A stretch of 64,000 nucleotides of DNA from Guillardia theta CCMP2712 (lineage: Eukaryota; Protista; Cryptophyta): positions 440,973-504,972 of the forward strand of contig NW_005434644.1 of assembly GCF_000315625.1 (NCBI RefSeq), given 5' to 3'. Of this stretch, positions 11,038-23,334 are shown piece after piece. Positions within the stretch are counted from its first letter, which is position 1, and each line of letters opens with the position of its first letter. The notes beneath the pieces were generated by a model, which was not told the DNA's origin, did not search any database, and worked only from the letters and a program-made list of their open reading frames with translations. The translations under genes and the position numbers were made by a program.

Positions 11038-12418
11038 TTACTTGAAATTCATGATACGAGCAAACTTCTCGCCCACAAGAGAAGCTCCGCCAACGAGAGC
11101 TCCGTCGATATCTGCACAAAACCGTCAGCCACGTACCCACTCCCTGAACCCTAACTCACCGGGGCATGCCATGAGCTGGTCGACATTGTCGGGGGTCACA
11201 CTTCCACCATAAAGGATACGAACAGATTCAGCGGTCGCCTTGTCATAGTTCTGCTCAAGCCATTGACGGACGTAGTTGTGCACGTCCTGAGCGATCTCAG
11301 GGCTTGCAGTGTAGCCTGTTCCGATGGCCCACACAGGCTCATAGGCCAGCACAACATTGGCAAGCTGCTCCTTGGTAACTCCGGCCAGACCCTCGGCAAG
11401 CTGCTTGGCGCAAACTTCTTTGTTCTTCTTGGCCTCGAACTCTGCCTTGGTCTCTCCGATGCACAGGCAGGCGACGAGACCAGAGTCGATGGTCATCTTC
11501 ACCTTCTTGTTGATCATGGCGTTGGACTCTGAGGCGATGTTGCCGTGTCGCCTCTCGCTGTGTCCGATCAAGACGTACTTGCAACCGATGGACTCAACCT
11601 GCTTGATCGAAACGCCGCCAGTGAAGGCTCCCCTGCCATCGGCTGAGCACACCAGCGACCACGGAAGTGAGATGCCTTACTTCTCCTCGGTGAAGATGTC
11701 CTGGGCGCCGATCTTAACCTCGCTATCCTTGCAGATTTGTGCGCAGGTGGCGAGGAACGGATGGGGGCAGCAGATGCAGATGTCGACGCCCTTCTTCACA
11801 GACTTGGCGCTCTCCACCACCTATCAACTCCATGAGAACCACAGGGATGGGGAGCATCCGTACGCTCTCACAGAGGACGCAAGGGCCTTGGCTTCATCCA
11901 TGGTTTCCGGGTTCATCTTCCAGTTCCCGGCAATCAGGAACCTGCGATCTCCTCCTCCACGGAGCTGCATGACAGGAGAAGAGTAGAACCCTGAGGTTGA
12001 CAACGAAATCACTCCTCAAGGGATATCGCCAAAAACAAACATGGAGCGCAGCAGACTAACGAAAAAATCCTATCCCTGCACCGCTTACACCCATTCCTTC
12101 TTGTACCATATTCGAAAGAAGGCTGGGTTGCAGTAAACTTAATCCAGCTCCTTGCGTGTAGAAGATGTTTCCGTTGATCCTAATGTTGCCCTCCTCACTC
12201 ACTCACTCGCTTCTCCGATACTTCCTTTCCCACCCTTCGCCCGAGGGCTCGATCGATCCCACATGCTCTGTAACTTTCAGTACCTACTCTTCTTCATCTA
12301 GGTCACTCTGAGAGTTCATGATCCTGGTGTACAAAGTTTCTTATCAACATTGACAATCACCTGCTGCTTCAGCACCAGCCGCCGCCATCACCATCGCTAC
12401 CGCCGCCTTCATCGCCAT
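11038..12418 (-). CDS. TPI: Triosephosphate isomerase with bipartite (signal + transit-like) presequence
   Basis: IAGNWKMN, GAFTG, IGHSERR, AYEPVWAIGTG, ILYGGSV and DGALVGGASL motifs; exon 1 MAMKAAVAMVMAAAGAEAA. Confidence 0.95.
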
Positions 12419-13039
12419 GTTGGCAATACACCTCTTACCCTACTACCCCCTTAATTAGAACGCACCCCACCTAGGAACCCAGAGCTACCCACCCAGTTCC
12501 ACATGCCCATTCCCTTTCTTCAGGGGATGTAAGTACCCGTCTAAATTCAACGATGTTGAAGGCAAATGACTGGGTGTATTAGAAAAACGGACCACCCATC
12601 ACTTCGTGGACCCGTGCTTCGGACTGATTGGACCCTACCCCATGTATCATATACCCCTCCATCAGGGCACCCACCCCATCCATGGTGTGAAACCCACTGC
12701 ACCTCTTGGGTCGCTTCAGCGCTTATGACCCCTTTAAAAATATTTCTTTATAAGTGTTCATTTTTATTGTACCAGATTGTTTGTTATAATATAGTTTTGT
12801 ACAGACAATACTATGTACCATGATACAAAAGTTTGTTTCTACCCCTAATCACATCAATACAACAGTGATATAATGTATCGTATTCCAATACTACACGCTA
12901 CAAAACAAATAATTATATATCTTATATTGGTAGTTTTCATACCGAATGTTTTAGATTTGTACAACAATAAGTATGTATCAAGCATATATACATTCCTATT
13001 TTTAATAATCCAGTAGCAGCAGCATCATGGATTATATTA

Positions 13040-13490
13040 TATACTGATTTTTAACTTAACTTTGAGTAAAGAGATTATAACTGAGTTCTCTGCGCGGCCG
13101 ACGGTCGGCTCGGACGGTCGCCGGGGTACCGTGACGGGCCGGGCCGCCGTGCCGCTCAGCCGTCGTCCGACGGCCGCTCACTGAGTCAGCGGCTTGGGCC
13201 GCGGCGGCCTCACTGACCGGCGCGGTGCCGGCCGCAGTCCGGGCCGCCGCACTGCGGCGCTCCGGCGAGACGGTTTGTCAGCCGGCCGCCCGGCCGCAGG
13301 ACGTGGGCCAGGCAGGCCGGCACTGGCCTCCGGGGCCGCTTAGCTTGACTCGTGACTCGTGAGGGGCCGCCGGCGGCCCGGCCCGCGTTGTTGGCACCGT
13401 CAGTCGCCGGCCCGGGCGCCGCTCTCTGCGGCAGTGCCGGGTGAGAGTCCGATCAGCTCCGAACTGAAGGCTCCTCCCGGCGGCTCGCGA
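13040..13490 (+). repeat. Dispersed GC-rich repeat (possible non-autonomous element)
   Basis: Abrupt AT-rich to very GC-rich transition; end motif shared with 3148-3187. Confidence 0.6.
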
Positions 13491-14485
13491 CATAAACCCC
13501 ACCCCACCCCCACTCTATCCACCCCTGTTGCTCATCATACTACCCACCACATGGACTAGAGAAGTACCCCTGGCTGATCAATTGCAGTTTAAAATCCCGG
13601 TGGGGTGTGGGTAGGTTCCGTTGCGAACCCTGCAAACTTAACGATACCACCCCTCAATTCCCAATACACACCCCTTCATGCTAGGGACCCGATCCCATCA
13701 TTCAATCACCCCTACCCACCCCCTCAGACATTTCGGTTTCGCCTCCTCAGCTCGAGGGGTTATCTTGATGACTCCCCAGGCCAAAGAGATTCCTTTTTAA
13801 AACACACCACCCCCCCATCTCCCTCCACCCCACCCTTCTAGGGCAACCCCCCAATTCAACACCATAACCACCCATACATCACCCCTCCAAATCCCATTTA
13901 CTACCCAGTTTTTGGACGTTATCCAACCCCTACCCTGACTGATTGGAGTCTACCCCTACCCTTCCGATGTCTTCTGGTTAACTTTTAAAAATACCCTCAC
14001 CGGTGGAAGTAAACACCACCATAAGGGGTACTTTCAAGTTCCCACCTACCCTTTGACCTAAAAGTACCCCTGTTTCCCCCTCATCAATTACCCCAATTCC
14101 GATCAGGACCCCCCCGTGGAAAGTTACCCTCCTCTTCGACCTCTACCCCACCCCTCCTCGCTCCTCTCGTAGTTGAGAGCGCAATTTGCACCTTCTCATC
14201 TCCTCCTTGCTACTCTCCCCCTTCGCTACCCAGCAAGAAGGACAGCACACACGAGTCTTCCTTCTTCCCTGTTGCTTCTTCTCCTTCCACCTCCACCTTC
14301 CTCCTCCTCGTCTCCCTTGGATATCTAAGTACATTCGTCTTCCTTCTTCCTGCCAACTGTGCAACACCGCCTGCCTACTCTCGTGGGCATCCGTTGCTGT
14401 GCAGCAGCTTCTCTTTAACGTGAACTGGATCCTTCACTGTTCAAGAGGTTCATTTAGTTCTCTGGATCCTTCCCATCCTTCCGCC

Positions 14486-14698
14486 ATGTTCGCTGCCCTT
14501 GCCGACCTCGAGATCTGCACCCGCGTTGCTCCATCAACTATCAAGGCGTCGATGATCGGCCCTCTGTGCTACGATGTCAAGGGATGCTGCGTGGAGGAAG
14601 AGCTGACATCGGCTGCTTCCCAGCTCGAGCCCGTTTCCTCCTCCAACACCATGGATGAGCGGGCGAAGCAAGGAGGGGCTAAGGTCGTTGAGGAGTAA
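14486..14698 (+). CDS. Small hypothetical protein (70 aa, MFAALADLEIC...)
   Basis: ATG in GCC-ATG context, host-like codon usage, downstream of a promoter-like region. Confidence 0.35.
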   Translation: MFAALADLEICTRVAPSTIKASMIGPLCYDVKGCCVEEELTSAASQLEPVSSSNTMDERAKQGGAKVVEE

Positions 14699-14988
14699 CG
14701 GGATTCCAGGATCCCGATGCAAACCATTATGATTGTACGTCTATCGTGTGCCACCTGTACCTCTAGCTCCTTTATTCGATCCAGGACGGAGATGATGAGT
14801 TTCTCGCTGTGACCTTTAACACCTTATATCCTAAATTCTACCCCCTCCCCCTTCCCCCCTCTCTTTTCCCTTCCTCCCTTCTGTCCTTCCTTCCACTACT
14901 GTTTGATGGTTTAATAAGATCAGTGAGAAACTCGAAAAGAATTTGTTCTCCTGTATCAAAGGATGATAATGCGATCTCCCACACTCCT

Positions 14989-17529
14989 TCATGTTCGGCA
15001 TGGGATCCCGCTCGAGGAGACAGCAGCCTTGACCTGTCCTGCTCGTTAGCAGCCGGCATGCTCGGGGAAGAGAGGACCTCGTCGATGCCGACCTCTCTCC
15101 TGTGGAAGATGCCAGCAGCAAGACCGGCATCGGCGTTGGTGGCCTGAAAGACGTCGATGAAGTGCTGCTTGCATGTCAGGATGCTAGAGGGAACGACTAG
15201 TTGCGGATGAGGAGGGGGCGGGTGTATCTTAGAGGCAGGACTGCAGGAGAGAGCGGAAGGGGTGGAGTAGGCACACGGAGGAAGGAGCAGAGAGGAAGGA
15301 AAAGGACAAGAATTGGACGGAAAACAAGGTGGAGAAGAGGAAGGAGGGAGTGGGAGTGGGGAGGATAGAAGAAACCGAGGGAGCGTGAGAGGAGAGTGAA
15401 GGAGAGGACCTGTGGTTTGCCGGCTCCGGAGCTTGCGATGACGGGTATGGACACAGAAGCTTTCATCTGCCTGATAAGCGCGATGTCGAAGCCATTGTTC
15501 TGCAAAATTACGAATGAGGAGGAGGAGGAGGAGGAGGAGGAGGAGGAGGAGGAGGAGGAGGAGGAGGAGGAGGAGGAGGAGGAGAGGGAGGTGGTGTTGG
15601 AGGAGACATATAGAGGTGGAACGAGAGCGAGATGAAGGAGGAAGAAGAGGAGATGAAGGGGAGAGTCCAGAGCAACAGGAGACTTCTCACCTGCCCATCT
15701 TTGTCGATGCAGTTTAACAAGATCTCCCCCGCTCCCAACGCCTCGCACGCCTGACAGAGCAACTGAAGGGAGCAGGGAGACAAGAGGCAGGCGAGGGGGA
15801 TGGTGAAGAAGCTGCTGATGAAGGTGATGATGGCAGGAGTGATCGAGGTAACAAAGAACGAGATCAATATGATGGAGGAGGGGGCGGGGGAGGGCGGGGG
15901 GAGAGAGGGGAGAAGAGGAGGAGGAAGAGTAGTAGTAGCTGTAATAGCAGGAGGAGCAGGAGCAGGAGCAGGAGGAGATGATGATGACGATGGTGGTGGT
16001 AGTGGTGAAGATGAAGACGGCGCAGACAACGACGACGCCTCTGTGGACCAGCGGCTCAACAGATTCACTCGCTACCTGCGCAAGCTCGAAGGCGTCGAGG
16101 TCTCTCACTTCTCTTCCTCCTTTCACTGTGCACTGATCGAGTGTCAGTGACATTTTATCTCTCATCCCCGTCCTCTCCCTCATCCTCCCTGCATCCCTCC
16201 CTCATCCTCCTGCCTCCCTGCCTCCCTGCCTCATCCCAGCTGCCACTCCTCCTTCTCTCCTCTCCTGACCCTGCTTGCTCTTGTCCTCCGTGCACACTCC
16301 CGATCTTTCTCTCTCTCCTACTGCTCGTCGTCTTTCGTACAATTCCCCTCTCTCTCCCGCCCCCTTGCCTTCCTCGTTTTCACTTGCAACCCCCCCTTCT
16401 TGTCCACCTTCCTCTAGCACGCCATCACATGCATCTCTGCGAATTTACTCAGTGCTATGAACTTGAAGCTAAGAGATCGACGCTCTATGTCGGCGCTCTC
16501 CGCCTCCTGCTCAAGCTCAGCAGCTGCCGTTGCCCGTGGCGAGAACGCGCTGCCCCTCCTTGCCTTCTTGCTCTCTCCTTGCACGCGAGTCCAGCACTTG
16601 CTCTGGAGCCACTTCCCCAGCTTCTCCTTGAGAACGATGCGCCCAACTCCCTGCTCGTCTGGCATCTTCACGCAGTCTGCCAGCGACATAAACTCCAAGC
16701 TCTCCGGAGAGTATAACGTGTCGTGGAGGTTGCCAACGGCCTTGTCTAGGATCAGCTTGATCGGCTCGCTCGTCACCGACTCGTTCAGAGAAGCTGCATC
16801 TTCGATGACTGATGACAGCTCGCTGACGAGCGGCATGTCCTCTTGACTTGAGGAGATGCTGGCTCCATNNNNNNNNNNNNNNNNNNNNNNNNNNNNNNNN
16901 NNNNNNNNNNNNNNNNNNNNNNNNNNNNNNNNNNNNNNNNNNNNNNNNNNNNNNNNNNNNNNNNNNNNAACCTGACTCCATACACATTCGATATCTGCTC
17001 GATGCAAGAACTCCCCATCCCTTGACCCCTGCCGCCACTCCCATCATTCTTCTGCATTCTCCCCTCCCTTCCTCCCACTTCCCCCCCGCCCCCCCGCCCC
17101 CCCTCCCCAAACTGAGAAACCAACTTACTGCTTCCCCCCCCCCTCCTCCAACGAGCTCCTCTCCTCTCCCTTCCCCTGCTCACTTGGTTGATCGGTACTT
17201 CTCAGCAGCGTACACAGCATCGGAGCCTATCGAGACTTTGTCGGCCCCCGACCTGCAAGGCAACCCGGTCGATGATGAGGCGACAATGACAGGGAAGACG
17301 GGAAGGGAATACGACAAGAGGAGGAGAGGCAGGAGCGAGAGGTAGGGGGATGGTGAGGAGAGGAGAAGAGGAGGGAGAGGAAGGAGGCGAGGAGGGAGGA
17401 AGAGGGTCATAGATACTGTACCTGAAGTAGGAGGTCGCAACATCCAGCGCTGAGTGAAAGACTCCCTTGCTGAAATGGGCGCAAGTTAATGATTCCTGCT
17501 GCTGCTACCGCTCCTCCTCCTCGTACTAT

Positions 17530-17611
<82 letters not shown>

Positions 17612-17851
17612 CCTCTTCGTCCTCTTGCTTCTGCTACTGCTTCCCATCCCTTCCTCCCTGTCCTGTTGTTCTGTTCTCGTTCTCACTTGCTTCCTCTGCC
17701 ACCCCTGCCCCAGCCCCCTTGTTTCCTATCCCTCAATGTTCCCATTCTCTGATCATTCCTGCATCCTCTACCTGTCTGTGTAGTCTCTGATGCCTCCTCC
17801 TATACAGAGAGGAACGAACACCTGCATCGAAGGTCAAGGGGCGAGAATTAC

Positions 17852-17883
<32 letters not shown>

Positions 17884-20141
17884 CGACGACGACGACGACG
17901 ACGATGATGACGATGATGATGATGATGACGACGACGATGATGATGATGACGATGATGATGATGATGAAGAAGATAATGATGACGATGATGATGACGATGA
18001 CGACGACGATGATGATGAATCTCACATGCTCAGATGTAAGCTCAAGGACGCGAAGCATCGGGGCATCGACGACATCCCCGCGGAAGCTGCAGAGTGGCCA
18101 AGGAAGGAAGTTGAGGAGGTGGACGAAGCGCAGACAGAGAACGACAGAGAGGAGGGAGAGAAGGAGGAGGAAGGGGGGGTGGCGCGAGCGGAGGAGGAGG
18201 AGCATCAGCTTGTCAGCGAGGTAACGTGACTCGAGCTAGTCAACCTTGTGATGTTGAGGAAGGTGACCTCGTCAGCCCCATCGTCGGAATATCTCCTTGC
18301 CAACTGAAATCGTCCTCCCGTTACTCCCTCACCTCCTCCTTTCCCCTCCTCTGCCACGTTCTCCTCCCCACTCCGTTCCCCCCTGCTCCACTTCTCCCCT
18401 TCCTGCTCCTTATCGTCCTTTCTTTTCCCCATTCCTCCCCCCTCTCGATCATCCTCGGCATGCACCTCGACAGGCTTTCCCAAGTTTCGAACTTCACCTC
18501 CCTCCTCCTTTTCCCTCACGTCGTACTGTAGCAAACGTAAGTGCCTTGACCTCCTCCTCCTCCTCCTCCTCCTGCTCCTGCTCCTCTCCCTCCTCTTCTC
18601 TCTCACCTGATCGCCCTTGGTGACGACAAGATCCCCCGAGTCATTCTCACGCACATCCAGACAGGCTGATAGACCAAGTCACTGAGGAGAGACGAAATAT
18701 GTGTTGAGAGGACATGGGGGCAAGGGAGGACAAAAGAGAGGGGAAGAGGAGAGGAGAGGAGAGGAGGAGGAGGAGGAGGAGGAGGAGGAGGAGGAGGAGG
18801 AGGAACAGAAAGTTCAAGAGGGAGTGAAAGAAGAGAAGGGGGGAATCACCAATGATTCGCTTCGCGAGCATCGTTCTTCCTTCGCATGAGATTGGAGGGC
18901 AGGCAGGAACGTCAGCCTGCAGCAGGCAATGATTTGATGGCGAAAGCGAGCAGGACGAGGACGAGGAGCAGCGAGAAGGGAGAAAGACGACGAGGAGAAG
19001 CAGTGAGAAGGGAGAAAGACGAGGAGGAGAAGGTGGAGTGTCAGGTGCTGGTGGTTGAGGAGGTGGAGGGAGGGAGGAGGCAGAAGGTGAAGGCAGGATG
19101 AGAAGAAGGAGAGAAAGTTGAAATTGACGAGAATGATGACAGTGATTCAGGAGAAAACAATCGCTAGAGAGTGGAAGGATGGGAGGAGGGCGAACCAATG
19201 TAGCCTGATCCAGAAATGATTTGATCAACTTCAGCCCGTTGGCTCCACCTGCAAGAAGAATGTCACGGGAATGAAAGAAAAGTTGCCCCCTCCTCCTCCT
19301 CCTCCTCCATCTCCTCCTCCTCCTTCTCCTCCTTCTCCTCCTCCTCCATCTCCTCCTCCTCCTCCTCCTCACTCTTTTCGGGGTGGAACTGAGATGCGGA
19401 CACTCTTCCGTTCTGCAGCGAGGAGATGAAGGTGTTGCTGTCACTGCAGAACAGGAAGGAGGGTGAGATGGAAAGTCTCTCAGCATCGAGCATGTCTCTT
19501 ACTTCCCATAGTCTGTCACGCTCAAGACCCAGTCTGCGTTCTCGGGAGTGCGGATGGCACGAAAGCTGCCAATCGAGATTCAAAGACCTCCCTCCCTCCC
19601 TGCCTCCGCCTCCTCTCTCTTCCTCCTCTCAGCCTCGCTGTTCTTCTCAAATTCTTCTCTCCTTTTTCTCCCATCCTCCATTATTCTTCCTCTCTTCCTC
19701 TTACGAATGAACGAAGTAGAATCTATCTTCCAGCGGCTTGATGTCTTTCATCATCGGAGCATCTTTCAGAATCCTCAGGCTGTTCCACCCCTGCCAAGCC
19801 TCTCCATCAGTGACCTCTTTTCTCTCTCCTCCTCCTCCTCCTCCCCCTTTCTTCTTCCCTTGCCTCGCCTCCTCCCGCTTTGCCTTGCCACCCGCCCCCC
19901 TCCTTCTCTCCCCCCCCGCTTCTCCTCTCTTCCTGTTCTAGCACCATGTGAGGGACGCTGACGGAGGTGTCGCTGAACTTGCCAACGATGCCGGGAACGA
20001 TCCCGAGCCCTGCATGGCGTGACGAGAAGCTCAAGAGGAGCAAGGGGAAGTTCTGACCTGCCAATCCAGGCGTCTCCTCCGATCCTTCAAACAGGGACTG
20101 AAAAGAATGATCCATGAGAAGACAACAGCATCGAGAAACAA

Positions 20142-20183
<42 letters not shown>

Positions 20184-20740
20184 ACGAGGGAACACATCAG
20201 TGGATTGTATTGGTAGGCTGACCTGCATTCCTAGACAAATTCCGTAGAATGCACGGCCGGACTTGAGGTATGCCCTGCAGGGAAAAGAGAGATCACAAGG
20301 CAAACAAGGCTACAGGGAGGAGGAGGAGGAGGAGGAGGAGGAGGAGGAGGAGGGCAGCATCTCACTTGAGAGGTTCGAAGAAGCCCTTCTTATGAAGGTT
20401 GTCGATGCAGACCCCGAAGCTTCCGACGCCTGAGAAAACAGTCAACGGAGGGGTAAAGCACGTTTCGATGAGAGGATGGTTATGAAATGGTTGCCTTAGG
20501 ATCGGCAGCGGATGAAGAGATTTTTTCTTCCTCGTTGTACTCCTCCACCCTTCCCCTTCCTCCTCCACAAAGATTTCGCACAAAGGTTGGCCGGGTCTCA
20601 CCAGGGAAGATGAGGATGTGTGCTTGACTGATGTCGTCTGCTGTCTTCACATCCTCGATATCGCATCCTGCCCTCACCAGCGCATTCCGCAGTGACCGGA
20701 TGTTCCCAGCGCCATAGTCCAGCAGCGATACCCTCACCAT
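14989..20740 (-). CDS. HIS7: Bifunctional imidazole glycerol phosphate synthase HisHF, ~20 small exons, spans a gap
   Basis: Exons read in order: LLDYGAGNIRSL, PGVGSF, GICLGMQ, FYFVHS, QFHPEKSG, IACLDVR, GADEVTFLNIT, VPLCIGGGIRD, GADKVSIGSDAV, CTVKGGRE, GAGEILLNCIDKDG, IPVIASSGAG, LAAGIFHR. Confidence 0.93.
17851..18017. repeat. (GAT/GAC)n intronic microsatellite
   Basis: Directly visible. Confidence 0.95.
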
Positions 20741-20931
20741 TGCCGCACGTTCAGTCTCCTTCAAGGGGACGGTTCCTTAAAGAGGCTTAAGGCGGTTCCT
20801 TGTATTTTGATCTGATCTAATTTCAAATTATTATGGTTTATTTTAGAATCTTGACGATAAAGTTTCAAAAGTGTATGAAACCATGAGCGTTTCCTTGTGA
20901 ACCCCCCCCCCCCCCCCTCTCCACCGTCATC

Positions 20932-21915
20932 ATGTCTCCGAACTTGCGAGCGATGATGGGGAGAGCAGCGAAGAAGGCGAGCATGTTGGGGTCTTCCATG
21001 CTGATCCCTCCCCATGCTCAGCTACGTAACCCGGGATACAGCTTCATGCCCGCAATGGGGATGGCTGGCCATTCAAAGTGGCACAACATCCGGCATAAGA
21101 AGGGGGCGGAGGACGCGAAGAAATCGATCCTTTACACAAGAATCTCGTGAGTTGACGAGTGTTATGGTTGGTTGCCTTTGAGATGTGTTGAACTATCACT
21201 CCCTGGAATTATCCACAAATGCTCGCAACCCCGACATGATCTGAAATGGCCTCTGGAGGCAAGAGCAGACCCCACGACTCTGACGAGCTTGGTTCCCAGG
21301 TCTCAGATTCGCAACGCCCTGGACCATGGAGGGAACGTACCAACGAACCTGCACCTCCAGAACGTCCTGAAGAAAGCGAAAGACCTCAAGGTCCCCAAGG
21401 AGATCATCGAACGATCGATCGAGAAGGCTATGCAGGCTAAGTCAGGTGGTGTGGCCGTGTATGAGGGGGTGGGCCCATCAGGCGTCTCTTTCATGGTCCA
21501 ATGCATCACAGACAACCGCGCAAGGACATTCAGCCACCTCAAACATCTGTTCTCCAAGCACGGGGGGAACTTGGCGGGCTCCGTTGCGTATAAGTTCAAG
21601 AAAGTCGGAGCGATTGAATTCCACAACATCTCCAAGGAGCAGGAAGAGGACTTCATGGACAAGGCGATTTCGCTGGGAGCTGAAGAGATTGAAGGAGAAA
21701 ACGGTGAATTCTCGATTGAATGCGCTCCTGACAGTTTGGGAACCGTTGTGAAGGGTCTGGAGGAATTAGGATACAGCTGTGAATCGTCACAACTTGCTTT
21801 CGTCGCAACAACTCCGATTGAAGTATCCGAAGATGCTAGGGATGCGATAAGCTCTTTCGTCGAGGACCTCGAGGGCGATGGAGATGTAGAGGCGGTATAT
21901 CACGATGCAGTGTAG
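20932..21915 (+). CDS. YebC/PmpR/TACO1 family protein with organellar presequence, one intron
   Basis: MAGHSKWHNIRHKKG, YEGVGPSGV, TDNRART and DVEAVYHD motifs; intron ~21147-21299. Confidence 0.92.
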
Positions 21916-22186
21916 TTACCAGATATACTGCTGAGACACGTACGCTTCCAAATGCGCTCCATTACACTTCAATTGAACAATAAAGAACTCTTTTGACGTT
22001 CCAGTTAGTCTGACGTACGAATTCAGTGTTCTTCTCTTTCAATGGACTTTCGATCTCGATCTCCTTGTCTGTGACGTAGATGATCACAAAATGTCTCTTT
22101 GGCTTTTCTAAACATTGAAGTTTTGATCCATAGGCAAGTTACACAAGTGTTCAAAGAATACTCTTTTATTAATCGCCGTACACAGT

Positions 22187-22357
22187 TTACTCGTAGAGGG
22201 ACTTGGTGTAGGTGGCGGTGGCAGCAACGTAGGCATCACGAGCAGCCTTGTAGGGGCCGGTGGCGAGCTTGAGCTCGTTGGCAGCCTTCAAGTAGGCATC
22301 GCGGGTGGCGCGGTAGGTGGTGGCGTAATCCTCGAGGTCAAAGAGAAGGGCGAACAT
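22187..22357 (-). CDS. 56-aa Ala/Tyr/Thr-rich peptide, copy A
   Basis: MFALLFDLEDYATTYRATRDAYLKAANELKLATGPYKAARDAYVAATATYTKSLYE*; identical protein to copy B with only synonymous changes; strong C-ending codon bias. Confidence 0.85.
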   Translation of the reverse strand: MFALLFDLEDYATTYRATRDAYLKAANELKLATGPYKAARDAYVAATATYTKSLYE

Positions 22358-23163
22358 TGCTGAAGAATTCAGTCAGATTTATACCATGAGTGAACAAGAA
22401 ACTGAGGAGGAAGGGACCAATGCCAAAATCAAGAGAGAACCATCGATCACAAGACATTCCAGAAGGAAGATATAGATGTAGAACACATTTCACAGGGGAA
22501 TCAACGATCTTGCGATCGTAGTTTTGGACATCTGATCACAAAAGAGGAAGAACATGTTTGTTTCATGGTCTACCTGCTTGTGTTGTCTGTTCCCTCTCCT
22601 CTGCCTTTTGAATAGCCAACTCCTACCCTACCCCTTTCAACACTGTACCCTCCCCACCCCCCATTTCACATTTAGCACCCGACGTCAATTCCCAGCCAAT
22701 CTGGTCAAAAAGGGGGTACAAGCATGAATTCTTTAACCGGTACCCCCGCATTCCTGACCCTACCTACAATTCCCAATAAGGTAGCCCACCAGGGAAAAGA
22801 GCTGCATTTGCAGATGCAAGGACGGGTCCAGCACTCCCTGCTATTTCGGGTGAAAAGGGTTGAGTAAATCATTAGTCAACACAGGGCAGCCCCACATAAA
22901 AGCGGCGCTGAGGGCGAGGGTTCGCATAGCCAGCAAGGTAGGCCAACAAATGCTCACCATGCGAGATGTGCAAGGATGTTGCTGTACATGTCGCTTTCGT
23001 TTACGATCCTAGTCCTTTTGTCATCTTCCCTCTGTGTGACAAGTTCATCTCCTCTCAAATTTTCATTGATGTTCCTTCTTCTTGCCTCTTTGTCGTTTCG
23101 CAAGAGTTGCGAGATGTATACATGATAACACATCTGATTAAGACTTGACATTGTTCTTGCAGA

Positions 23164-23334
23164 ATGTTCGCCCTTCTCTTTGACCTCGAGGATTACGCCA
23201 CCACCTACCGCGCCACCCGCGATGCCTACTTGAAGGCTGCCAACGAGCTCAAGCTCGCCACTGGCCCCTACAAGGCTGCTCGTGATGCCTACGTTGCTGC
23301 CACCGCAACTTACACCAAGTCCCTCTACGAGTAA
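23164..23334 (+). CDS. 56-aa Ala/Tyr/Thr-rich peptide, copy B
   Basis: Inverted paralog of 22187..22357; a putative 5'-UTR intron ends (TTGCAG) just before the ATG. Confidence 0.85.
   Translation: MFALLFDLEDYATTYRATRDAYLKAANELKLATGPYKAARDAYVAATATYTKSLYE

Noticed and set aside
15197-19961. Poly-Ser/Pro/Arg/Met ORFs
   Set aside because: Translations of intronic microsatellites within HisHF
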